NCBI GenBank assembly: GCA_951406725.2
Contig: OX597815.1
Coordinates: forward strand, 7,440,001 to 7,504,000
Length of the DNA stretch: 64,000 nt
Source: Octopus vulgaris
Lineage: Eukaryota
Direction: 5' to 3'
Shown piece after piece: positions 1-10,774 of the stretch. Within the stretch, counting starts at the first letter, position 1, and each line of letters opens with the position of its first letter. The notes under the pieces are model-generated. The model was not told the origin of the DNA and ran no database searches. It was given only the letters and a program-made list of their open reading frames with translations. The position numbers and the translations under genes are program-made.

Positions 1-1325
1 GTTTTCGGGTTCACTTTGAGTGAAGAAAAATGCGAATTCTTTCTACCCCAAATTAAGTACTTAGGGTAAGTAATTAATTAAAGAGGTAGACGTCCTGACC
101 CATCGAAAGCAGATCCAATAAGGAATATGCCTGCGCCAACTAATATTCCAACTTTACAAGCATTTCTTGGGTTGGTAAACTATTATCGAAGCTACATTCC
201 TGATATGCACAAGTTAAGGGCTCCATTGAACGATTTATAAAAAAAAAAGGAATAAAGCGGAATTAGTGTACTAAATGTCAGAACACTTTTGAAGAAATCT
301 TTAAAAAAATTCTTATCTCAGACATGTTGATCTCGAAATGGACGTCGCTGTAAAGTCTGATGCTTCCGAGCATGGATTAGGTGTAGTTCTACTTCGTAAA
401 TACGAAAACGGAAGTACAAAACCAGTGGTTCATGTTTCGCGCTCGCTAATAGCGACCGAGAAGAGATAGGGTCAAATTGAAAAGGAGGCCCTAGCAATTA
501 ATTTTGCTGTTAAAAAAGTTTCACAGGTTTCTGGAAGGCAGAAGTTATTTATTGTAAATAGCGGTGGGGCCCCAGCGTGGCCGCGGCCTTCGGGCTAAGG
601 CATTTTAAAGGATTTTAAGGATTTTAAGAACATAGACTTTTGCTGTCGATTTATGGGTTTAGAAAAAGGTTACCGACTCATACTGCGAACCACCTGCAAC
701 GTTGGGGGTGTAGTATTACTAAATTATAATTTCAAAATGCAATAAATTCCATTGAAAAAAGTCGGCCATGCGGACTGCCTTTCGAGATTAATTCCAAAAA
801 AATATGGAACCACCAGAAGAGGCAGAAAGTGAAATTAAAAGTGTTATGACGAACGTTATCCAAGAACTACCATTGACGGCATAGGATACGAGAATGAAAG
901 CTGTAGATGCTGAGTATATTAGGAAAATAAAAGAAGCTTTTAAAAATAAACAGAATAAAAATGCAGATGCCAGTAGTTCTTCGATTTGTGACTATATTCT
1001 GATGAATGCCCAAAGAGTGGTGGTTCCAACAATATTACAAAAAGGTGTATTGCAGCGATTTCTCAGAGGACATCCAGGAATGGCAAGGATGAAAGCTCTG
1101 ATATGAGTTATGTCTATTGGCCGTCTATGGACCGAGATATCGAAAACTTGGTGAGAACGTGTTGAGGTTGCGCACTCGCGGCCAAAGCCCCACCGGTAAA
1201 ATATCAGTCGTGGTCAGAGATGGAGAACCCATGGTCTATGTTACACATTAACTATGCCGGAGCGGTAAACGTCACTTGTTACCCAATCGTAGTAGATAGC
1301 TGTACTAAGTGGCCAGAAGTTAAAC
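1..1325 (+). pseudogene. Degenerate Ty3/Gypsy LTR-retrotransposon pol fragment (RT C-terminus, RNase H, integrase N-terminus)
   Basis: Manual translation gives KCEFFLPQIKYLG and LQAFLGLVNYYRSYIP (RT), SDASEHGLGVVL and EKEALAI (RNase H), HPGMARMKAL..SYVYWPSMDRDIENLVRTC*GC (integrase zinc finger) and IVVDSCTKWPEV (integrase core). Domain order is RT-RH-IN, with many stops and frameshifts. It runs off the window start. Confidence 0.93.
561..628 (+). mobile_element. Short retroposon 3' tail inserted into the Gypsy RNase H region
   Basis: gcggtggggccccagcgtggccgcggccttcgggc plus a (ttttaagga)n tail interrupts the RNase H coding sequence. It resembles the SINE-A tail and the LINE tail at 9268-9487. 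Confidence 0.6.
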
Positions 1326-1454
1326 AACACTAAAAATAAATTTAAAAAAAAAAACATAAAATAAACAAGCTTTTGACGGTTTTATAGAATTTTCAGAATT
1401 ATGATGCTATGATTCTATGTTTTGATGATTTTGGCCAAATCCTATATATATATA

Positions 1455-1850
1455 CTAGCAGTATCGCCCGGCGTTGCTCGGGTTTGTAAGGGAAATAACT
1501 ATATAAGCATTTTTAGAGATGTAAAGTATAATAGCCATCTCAATATGGCTAACCACAAAGGGGGGGGGGTGTTACTGTAGCTTTTTACGTTCTGAGATTT
1601 AATAATACATTTTTAGAGAGTTACTTCCCTTATATAATAGCAAAAAATGCATTAAAAATGGAAAAAAATGATGGTAATTTTTTTTTTTAAATCGTAGACT
1701 CATCGTAGACGCGCGCTAATACCCAGAAGGGCTCGATATGAATCACGACTATAAGATAGCCGCTTTTGGTTAAACTGCACCTCAAAATGTGGGAGTAGTT
1801 AAGAATCTAAATCGTAGGAGACAGACACACAACTTCACTTTTATATATAA

Positions 1851-1853
<3 letters not shown>
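1455..1853 (-). mobile_element. Non-autonomous Helitron, copy 1
   Basis: The minus strand starts TC(tttatatataaaag) and ends with hairpin cccgagcaacgccggg followed by CTAG. It sits between A and T with no TSD, and three more copies are in the window. Confidence 0.85.
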
Positions 1854-1882
<29 letters not shown>

Positions 1883-1884
<2 letters not shown>

Positions 1885-2017
1885 GACGGGATTCTTTCAG
1901 TTTCCATCTACCAAATCCACTCACAAGGCATTAGTCGGCCCAAAACTGTAGTAGAAGACACTTGCCCAAGGTGCCACGCAGTGGCACTGAACCTGGAACC
2001 ATGTGGTTGGGAAGCAA
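1883..2017 (-). mobile_element. SINE family A, 5' fragment
   Basis: Matches the 5' half of the full copy at 5463-5880 and ends at a (TA)n tract. Confidence 0.85.
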
Positions 2018-2891
2018 CAGAATTAAGATAAACAGAGTTCTCTTTTAATCTGAAATATACTTTCGTTCATTCTCTACAATGCTCTTCCATGTATCTGGTA
2101 GACTTGCAAAATTCCAAAATTCCCTTGTCCCTGACGAAAATTACTCCTCTCCTACTGTTCTGGCCTCGCCTACAGAATTCATATTATGTCCGTCCAAATG
2201 ACTTTGAAGACTACGAAATAAATGATAAACAGATGGGGCAATGTCCGACGGCTATGGTGGGTAGGGCATCGTCTCCCATTCAAACTGCTCCAGTCATTGG
2301 AATGTCATTCTCGCTTTTTGTGGTCGAGGATTATCCTGATGGAAGAACACATATCGTCTTGAAACCAAAGATGGTTGTTTTCCGATGGCACGCAGGTGTC
2401 GATGAATGGTTGAATGACCAAATACAAGCTTCTCTGCGAGTTCTGCAACAGTTACGATAGGATTTTGTTTCACCAGGGTTTGCAGGACGTCCTCGTCGAG
2501 TCCTACAGATCTTCCAGGACGAGGCTCGTTTTCTTGGCTGTAGTTTCCGGCTCTGAGTTTCTGGAACCAACATTGACACCAGCTTACGCTAATTGTCCGA
2601 TCATCAAATGCTGTAACAATATTCCTCGCACCTTCCGTTGCGTTGTTGCCTTTATTGAACTCATAAAGCAAAAGGTATGCCGAATGTACTCCTTTGTCAG
2701 CTCCCATATAGCTTTGAAAAAGTAACTGTTAAAATCGAACTGCACTCTTAAAAACTTGCACTAAGAATAAGGTCAATGTTAAATTACTACCTGCTTTTGT
2801 AGCAAGTTCATGCAGGTATTTTCTCCCATCCCCCCTCCGACTTTTAGTTCATGCAACTGAAAAAAACCGCATTATTTATGGGATAACCCAA
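2018..2891 (-). mobile_element. Internally deleted Tc1/mariner (mariner-type) transposon
   Basis: Left TIR-like end ttgggttatcccataaataatgcggtttt is next to TA at 2892-2893, followed by a transposase remnant. The other end is lost under the SINE. Confidence 0.88.
2045..2707 (-). pseudogene. Mariner transposase pseudogene
   Basis: HTH region LLYEFNKGNNATEGARNI..WFQK..EPRPGR..STIHRHLRAIGK is joined in frame to FHQDNPRP and, through stops, to PP*PSDIAPSVYHLFRSLQ (decayed YSPDLAPSD) and the C-terminus WKSIVENERKYISD*. Confidence 0.9.
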
Positions 2892-2921
2892 TATGTGTGT
2901 GTGTATATATGTGTATATAGT

Positions 2922-3155
2922 AGGCGGCGAGCTGGCAGAATCGTTAGCACGCTGGGCGAAATGCTCAGCGGTATTTCGTCTGTCGTTACGTTGTGAGTTC
3001 AAATTCCACTGAGGTCGACTTTGCCTTTCATCCTTTCGGGGTCGATAAATTAAGTACCAGTTACGAACTGGGGTCAATGTAATCGACTTAATACCTATGT
3101 CTGTTCTTGTTTGTCCCCTCTATGTTTAGCCCCTTGTGGGTAATAAAGAAATAGG
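2922..3155 (+). mobile_element. SINE family B, full length
   Basis: tRNA-like head ggcggcgagctggcagaatcgttagc with B box gagttcaaattcc, body gtcgactttgcctttcatcctttcggggtcgata and tail aaagaaataggta. Many copies are in the window. Confidence 0.9.
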
Positions 3156-3159
3156 TATA

Positions 3160-3225
<66 letters not shown>

Positions 3226-3227
3226 CA

Positions 3228-3393
3228 TACAACGGGCTTTTTTTCAGTTTCCGTCTACCAAGTCCACTCTCAAGACTTTTGGTCGGCCCGGGGCTATAGT
3301 AGAAGACACTTTCCCAAGGTGCCACGCAGTGGGACTGAACGTGAAACCACGTGGTTAGGAAGCAAGCTGCTTACCACACAGCCACACCTCCGT
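3228..3393 (-). mobile_element. SINE family A, 5' half
   Basis: Homologous to 5463-5625 and ends at (TA)n. Confidence 0.85.
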
Positions 3394-3550
3394 CTATGTT
3401 GAAAAAGTTGAAAATAAATATTCAGTTTTGAGAAGAGAAAGTGACAGAGAGAAATGGATGGGCGATCTTTTAAGGAAAAGCGCTGCTAGCTTTGCGCTGC
3501 CCGAAAGGCAGCAGACACAGTTAAAACGTGGTTTGAGAAAGGAAGATATC

Positions 3551-3785
3551 TGTTTCTTTACTACCCACAAGGGGCTAAACACAGAGGGGGACAAACAAGG
3601 ACAGACAAACGGATTAAGTCGATTATATCGACCCCAGTGCGTAACTGGTACTTAATTTATCGACCCCGAAAGGATGAAAGGCAAAGTCGACCTCGGCGGA
3701 ATTTGAACTCAGAACGTAACGGCAGACGAAATACCACTAGGTATTTCGCCCGGCTTGCTAACGATTCTGCCAGCTCGACGCCTTT
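3551..3785 (-). mobile_element. SINE family B, full length with TSD
   Basis: Family B sequence flanked by the direct repeat gagaaaggaagatatc. Confidence 0.92.
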
Positions 3786-4192
3786 AAGAGAAAGGAAGAT
3801 ATCATGGATGCACCAGATGAGATTAAAAACTGGAAATATAGACTTTGTGACCGACATCTGTCTCAAAGCTGGCTGCGAAATCAAGATGCTTCTATTAATG
3901 CTTTGCCTCCCTTTATTTGGTAACAACTCTTGCATAATATGTGGGAAAATTAGTTGTAGAGACCCTGCTTTGCAGAGGCACAGGGAAGTGTATAAGATTA
4001 CCATACGGCAAGTAATCTAGGTAATCCCTTTAGCAGTTTTGAATTATATTTGTCGCATATGTTTGAAGTTCTGCAGTGTTAACGGTTGGTCTTTTAGAGT
4101 CGTCTCAGAACACACAGATGTGATGCAGATTATCGGGATGACGCAGATAAACGGTGAAGGATATCAGCTATCAAAATGAAGCGAACATCATG

Positions 4193-4522
4193 GGTGTGTG
4201 TGTGTGTGTGTGCGTGTATGTATGTATGTATGTATGTATGTATGTATGTATGTATGTGTGTATGTGTAAGTATGTATGTATGTGTGTATGTATGTATGTA
4301 TGTATGTATGTATGTATGTATGTATGTATGCATGTATGTATGTATGTATGTATGTGTGTGTGTATGAATGTATGTATGTGTGTATGCATGTATGTATGTG
4401 TGTGTGTATGTATGTATGTATGTGTGTATGTATGTATGTATGTATGTATGTATGCATGTATGCATGTATGTATGTATGTATGTATGTGTGCGTGTGTGCG
4501 TGTGTGCGTGTGTGTCTGTATG

Positions 4523-4555
<33 letters not shown>

Positions 4556-4700
4556 GTATGTATGTATGTATGTATGTATGTGTGTATGTGTGTATGTATG
4601 TATGTATGTATGTGTATGTATGTATGTATGTGTGTATGTGTATGCATGTATGATAGTGTATGTGTATGTATGTATGCATATATGAATGTATGTATCAATG
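4193..4700. repeat. (TATG)n/(TG)n compound microsatellite
   Basis: Directly visible; it generates the MYVC/HTYI pseudo-ORFs. Confidence 0.97.
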
Positions 4701-5293
4701 TATATATTTAGTTATGTATATATATGGCTTCACGAAAGATTATATTGAGCATTTCAATGTTTACACAATGATCGACAACACACATACACACACACACACA
4801 CATTATATATATATATATATATATATATAGGCAGTCTCTCACGTGCTCTGACTGAACAACACCATGAACTGCGGTGAGCACATTTTTGTGGGTTAAAACG
4901 AAATTGCGACCGGAACCAGCCACTAAGTAGAACGATAATACGTACATATCTGTTAATGGTTCTTCATTTGGGCCATATTACCAAAGAACTTATTAACCTT
5001 TCGATAGTAGGCGGGTTTTTACGACTAGGTGTATAAAATATGGCTAAATAATCCTTCGCTTACACGTGATACCGCCTCTCTACAGGACACCCTGTTGAGT
5101 ACTCCGTTGGGGTAGCGTCGAGTGTATAGATAGAGAGAAGCCAAATCATAATATTTTCTTAGTCTACTTCTCCAGTTCCCGGGTAACACAAGTTTATATA
5201 ATTGTATCCTGTAGAATAAACATCAGCGTGAGCGCGCGCACATGTGGCTGCGAATATGCATACACATGAACACACACATGCTGTCTCTCTTTC

Positions 5294-5880
<587 letters not shown>

Positions 5881-5889
5881 GAAAAAGTG

Positions 5890-5920
<31 letters not shown>

Positions 5921-6484
5921 ATAAAACATATGTATGTATACACAGAGAGAGAGACAGAGAGAATTATTTATTGGCTGAGTTTTGTGCCAAGACGTTAAAC
6001 AACTTGATAAGTCCATTGGCTCAAAACTTTGGATCATTGACTCATTCCTGTAGAAATACAGTCAGTTAAAGCTTTTATAAAAGTCTATTTTGCTTATTGA
6101 GTTCTCTCCTTCTCCATAGGTAAAATCAAAACGTACAAAAGTGCTTATATATGTATACAAGCACTTGTTCTTTCAATCGCAGTTGTTCCTTCAATCGTAA
6201 TCGAGAAGACTTCTGGTGAAAGACGTTCGGCTTATACATGTATACATACATACATATATACATACATACATGCATACATACATACATACATACATACATA
6301 CATACATACATACATACATACATACATACATACATACAAACAAACATACGTGCATGTATGCATGCATACAACATGCATACGTACATACATGCATATATAC
6401 ATACATACATACAAACAAACATACGTGCATGTATGCATGCATACAACATGCATACGTACATACATGCATATATACATACATACT

Positions 6485-6719
6485 AAGGTGCGGTGAGCTG
6501 GCAGACGCGTTAGCAAGCCGGGCGAAATGCGTAGCCGTATTTCGTCTGCCGTTACGTTCTGAGTTCAAATTCCGCCGAGGTCGACTTTGCCTTTCATCCT
6601 TTCGGGGTCGATAAATTAAGTACCATTTACGCTCTGGGGTCGATGTAATCGACTTAATCCGTTTTATCTGTCCTTGTTTGTCCCCTCTGTGTTTAGCCCT
6701 TGTGGGCATTAAAGAAATA
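6485..6719 (+). mobile_element. SINE family B
   Basis: Family B sequence inside a (CATA)n tract. Confidence 0.9.
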
Positions 6720-7036
6720 TACATACATACATACATACATACATACATACATAACAGAAATACACATACACACACACATGTATACATACATCTGTGTATG
6801 AATTTATATATAAATGCATACATACATACACACGCACGCGCGCGTGCACACACACACACATACACACACACGCACACACACACAAAACACACACACATAA
6901 CACACACACACAACACACACACAAAACACACACACACAACACACACACACAAAACACACACATAACACACACACACAACACACACACATTCACACACACG
7001 TACAATACACACACACTACACACACACATAACACAC

Positions 7037-8218
7037 TCACATAACACACACACACGCAACACAGACACACAACACACCTAGACAACAGTCGCTTGCGCGT
7101 GCGCGTGCATACGCATGCGCACGGAACACAGACGCACAATTGCACAATTGCACAATTGCACAAATGCACACATACACACATACACACATAATCATAAATA
7201 CAGACATCAAATAGTGCAATGACGAAAAGTCTATTTGCAGATCTTGGTGCGTTGTTTGCATAAGCGAACCATACGTTGCGGAGGACGTCGAGTGTGGTGG
7301 CGCCGGCGGGTGGTGGCGGTGGTAGTGGCGGTGGTGGTGGTGGTGGTGGTAGCGATGGTGGTGGTGGTGGTGACGGTTGAAGTTGTAGTAGTGGTGGTGC
7401 TGGTGGTGGTAATAGTTTTGGTGGTGATGACGATAACGATGATGTTTAAAACGGTGTTGGTGGTGGTGGTGGTGTTTGTGTGCTGGTAGCGGTGATGGTG
7501 ATGATGATGATGATGATGTTTGTGGTGCGCATAGCGCTGGCGATGACGCCGGTGGTGGAATGGTGCCAAGCTCTGCATCACTACCCGGCAACAACCCAGG
7601 TGGAACCCACAACTTCATCTTTTTACCATTCCACAGAGTATATAATAACGTCATGAGACCAAAAACTGAGACGAAGTCAACATCTTCGTTCAACACTAAT
7701 GAGAGTATCAGTGGCACGTAGTTGCTGCTGCAGCTGCCGTTGGTGCTGCCGCTGCCGTTGGTGCTGCCGCTGCCGCCGTTGATGCTGCTGTTGCTGTGGC
7801 GGTGGTGGGGTGGGTGTGGGTCGGGTTCAGTTCCGACTCGTTCCTGGCAATAGAGATCTGTAAGACATTCCTGGCATTGTGGTGGTGATTGCGAGAGGAA
7901 GGGTATGATAATGTTGATGATAATGATGATGACGATGATGATGATGACGATAATGATGATGACGATGATGACGACGACGACAATGATGATGATGATGATG
8001 GTGACGATGATGGTGAAGATGATGGTGATGATGAAGACGAAGAGGAGGCGGAGAACGACAACGACATCGATGTTGCTGATGATGAGGAGGATGAGGATGC
8101 TGAGATGAAGAAGATGAGGAGGATGTGGATGAAGACCACAACGACGATGATGATGATGGTGTTGATGATGAATAATGATGATGATGATGTTGGTAGAGCT
8201 GAGGTGTAACAGTACCAC
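7037..8218 (-). other. Low-complexity GC-richer island with a 393-codon open frame; possible exon, frame and strand unresolved
   Basis: ORF track. Trinucleotide repeats (His/Ser/Ile) surround a non-repetitive core LILSLVLNEDVDFVSVFGLMTLLYTLWNGKKMKLWVPPGLLPG. No domain is recognised, and the start codon is GTG. Confidence 0.25.
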
Positions 8219-8542
8219 GTGACTGCGGCTATGTTGTTATTGTAGTTGTTCCGTCAATCGTAATCTAGAAGACTTCTGGTGAAAGACATTCGGCTTTGAC
8301 CAGTCCTACTTCAGATGAATATCTAGGACTTCACCTAACATGTTGTTTCCTTTTTTACGTAAGATTTAGCTGCTATTTCTTGCAAGTCAAGCTATCATGT
8401 TGAAATCTCAGTCATTAGTACAAACACATATGTTTTAAGGTTTAAGGAATTATTTTGGTAGATATTTCTTGAAGGTCTAATTACCATATAACTGCTGCTG
8501 GTTAGTGCCCTCACTCACTTTAGCGACCTGTATATATATATA

Positions 8543-8740
8543 TATAGGGAAAGTTTACGAAAAAAAAACAAAAGACGAAGACAGGTGGTGTACAAAACAA
8601 ACAGATGTATTAGTATAACGCTCAGGAATAGAAAAAGTCTTTTACGTTTCGAGCCTACGCTCTTCTACAGAAAGGGACACAGAAAAAACAACGAGAGAAA
8701 CAAGGAGTGAAAAAAAAAGAGAGAGAAAATGTGTGTAGTG
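8543..8740 (-). mobile_element. Short (TA)n-associated repeat, probable Penelope-like end with hammerhead-like motif
   Basis: Homologous to 53790-53955 and 15765-15858. The minus strand reads ctttctgtagaagagcgtaggctcgaaacgtaaaag. Confidence 0.55.
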
Positions 8741-9267
8741 GCGAACGTCATTACTATACAATAATGCCACACGCTAGGAGGGACTCGTAAAGGCAAAACT
8801 ACCAAAATAAATAAACACATCGTACCGAATTCAACTCTCGAAGCAAGTCATTTAAAAACAGAATTTAGCTGCATATCACTGTGATTTCATAATTGGTGCA
8901 GAAATGCACTTTTTAATTATCAGTGCAAGCATAATTCAAGATTTATAACGAATGAACAAAATCAACATTCCAGACGAACAACCAATGTATCCAACGTAGC
9001 ATATAGAAATGTTCACCCTTTACACATCTATGTAAATGGCAGGCTTTTTCGAATTGCATTTCGGTAACAACGTGCTTATTCGGAATAAAAATTTAGTACT
9101 GAATATACTCCAATTAAATTTACAATTTAAAAATAGGATAAAATCTTTATAAGAATTTATCAAGTAGTTAGCGTGAAAAAACCTCGTAAGAGAAAAAAGA
9201 AATGATAAAAAAATTGATAAATTCTTATAAAGATTTTATCCTATTTTAAAATTATTTTAAAATTATA

Positions 9268-9487
9268 TAGATAAACTTAGATAAACTTAGATATGTTTCG
9301 ACCAAAGATTGGTCCAGGCCATGTCTAACTTAATAGCACCACCTGATAGGATTATTCGAATCCTGTTTAAGTCAAGTTTTGTTTATGGTCCATTCAAGTA
9401 GTGAGTTTTTGTTGGGTGAGTTGTATCCAATTATGGGTGGCTTATCTGGTATTCTTTGAAGGAATCTGTCCAGACTCCGTTTAAAGT
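9268..9487 (-). mobile_element. 5'-truncated LINE (CR1/L2-group-like) 3' end
   Basis: The minus strand encodes DFKRSLDRFLQRIPDKPPIIGYNSPNKNSLLEWTINKT* (ORF2 C-terminus type), then a 3' UTR stem-loop and a (ctaagtttat)n tail. Confidence 0.75.
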
Positions 9488-9488
9488 C

Positions 9489-9564
<76 letters not shown>

Positions 9565-9566
<2 letters not shown>

Positions 9567-9724
9567 GACGGGCTTCTTTTAGTTTCCGTCTACCAGATCC
9601 ACTCACAATGCTTTGATCAACATGAGGATGTAGCAGAAGACACTTGCCCAAAATGCCAGGCAGTAAGACCGAATCCGGAACCATGTGCTTACGAAGCAAT
9701 CTTCTTACTACATAGTCACGCCTC
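9565..9724 (-). mobile_element. SINE family A, diverged 5' half
   Basis: Homology to family A; it ends at (TA)n. Confidence 0.8.
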
Positions 9725-10195
9725 GCAAATTTACTTTATATTTCGCTGCTTTCGTGTGATTTCAGCTGTGCTGTCCAGTCTCCACTGTTTTCTTATATCT
9801 CTGTCATTCTCTACGCCTATGTCAATTTTATTATTGATCTCCTGACCAGTCCTTAACCCTAATCTCGTCTTTTCAGGATTTTCACAAACCACTGCCTTGT
9901 TTAATTTCATTTTTTTAAAAAATATTGCAACATATTTTCTTTGTTTCATCAATAAATGTTTGATTTCATTTATCTTCCTGTTTGAAATAAAAAATTTAAA
10001 CTCTCCATGTAAACAATGTTTGTCTTTAAAATATTTAAAGTATTTCCTAAACTGAGGTCACGAGATCTTTAGAATATCAACAACTCCTATCCGCCGCCAC
10101 TTTTCTCGTATCACATGTGAACGGGCATAGTTTCCGGTAAAAGATAAGTTGCATTTACAATAGCAATATTTTTTTAATGCTACTAAGTTGACACA

Positions 10196-10466
10196 TACTG
10201 TTGTGTCTGGGGGAGAGTCATTTTCTTTTTGTACCTTATAATGTAACACACTCACCGGTAAAATTCCCACTTTTTTCTTATTTTTATTTTCCTAAAATTT
10301 TCGTTGCGTCTTGTAACCTTTACAATAGAGTCAAAACTATTGAAAAGGTTGCGAGACGCAACGAAAATTTTAGAAAAATAAAAATAAGAAAAAAGTGGAA
10401 ATTTTACCGGTGAGTGTGTTACATTATAAGGCACAAAAGAAAATGACTCTCCCCAGACACAACAGA
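10196..10466. repeat. Long near-perfect inverted repeat (fold-back)
   Basis: Arms of about 130 bp meet at the apex caatag-agtcaaaa-ctattg. A single-arm homologue lies at about 28300-28486. Confidence 0.9.
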
Positions 10467-10572
10467 ATATGCTTCAACACACGAACTCATATAAAGAATC
10501 TTGCAAACCAAATCCAAAAACGAAATAAGTTGACACAGTTTGTGGCTTCCATTTGCAATGTTCTCTTCGTAG

Positions 10573-10750
10573 GTTTGGAATTCCAAATTTCCCAGGCAAA
10601 TCAAAACCAAGCTGTCCATTGCAACCGTCGAATCAGTGCTATTATATGGCAGTGGAACTTGGACACTGACAAAGAAATTTTCAAACGGGATAAATGGATG
10701 CTACGCAAAGATGCTTTGATTGGCCCTAAATGTGAAATGGCAGCAACATT
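10573..10750 (+). pseudogene. RTE-clade LINE reverse-transcriptase C-terminal fragment
   Basis: Translates to WNSKFPRQIKTKLSIATVESVLLYGSGTWTLTKK..GCYAKML*LALNVKWQQH; the VLLYGxETW-type motif is typical of RTE ORF2. Confidence 0.75.
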
Positions 10751-10774
10751 ACTGAAAAGCACACAACACATTGA

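Noticed and set aside
894-1106. Independent 70-aa CDS
   Set aside because: It is a residual open stretch of the disrupted Gypsy pol.
7476-7721. FLPFHRVY resembling the tyrosinase/hemocyanin CuA motif FxxWHR
   Set aside because: The Trp is absent, the rest of the domain is missing and the frame closes soon after.
9285-9330. Hairpin followed by GAAAC resembling a hammerhead
   Set aside because: There is no CTGANGA box; it is better explained as the LINE 3' UTR stem-loop.
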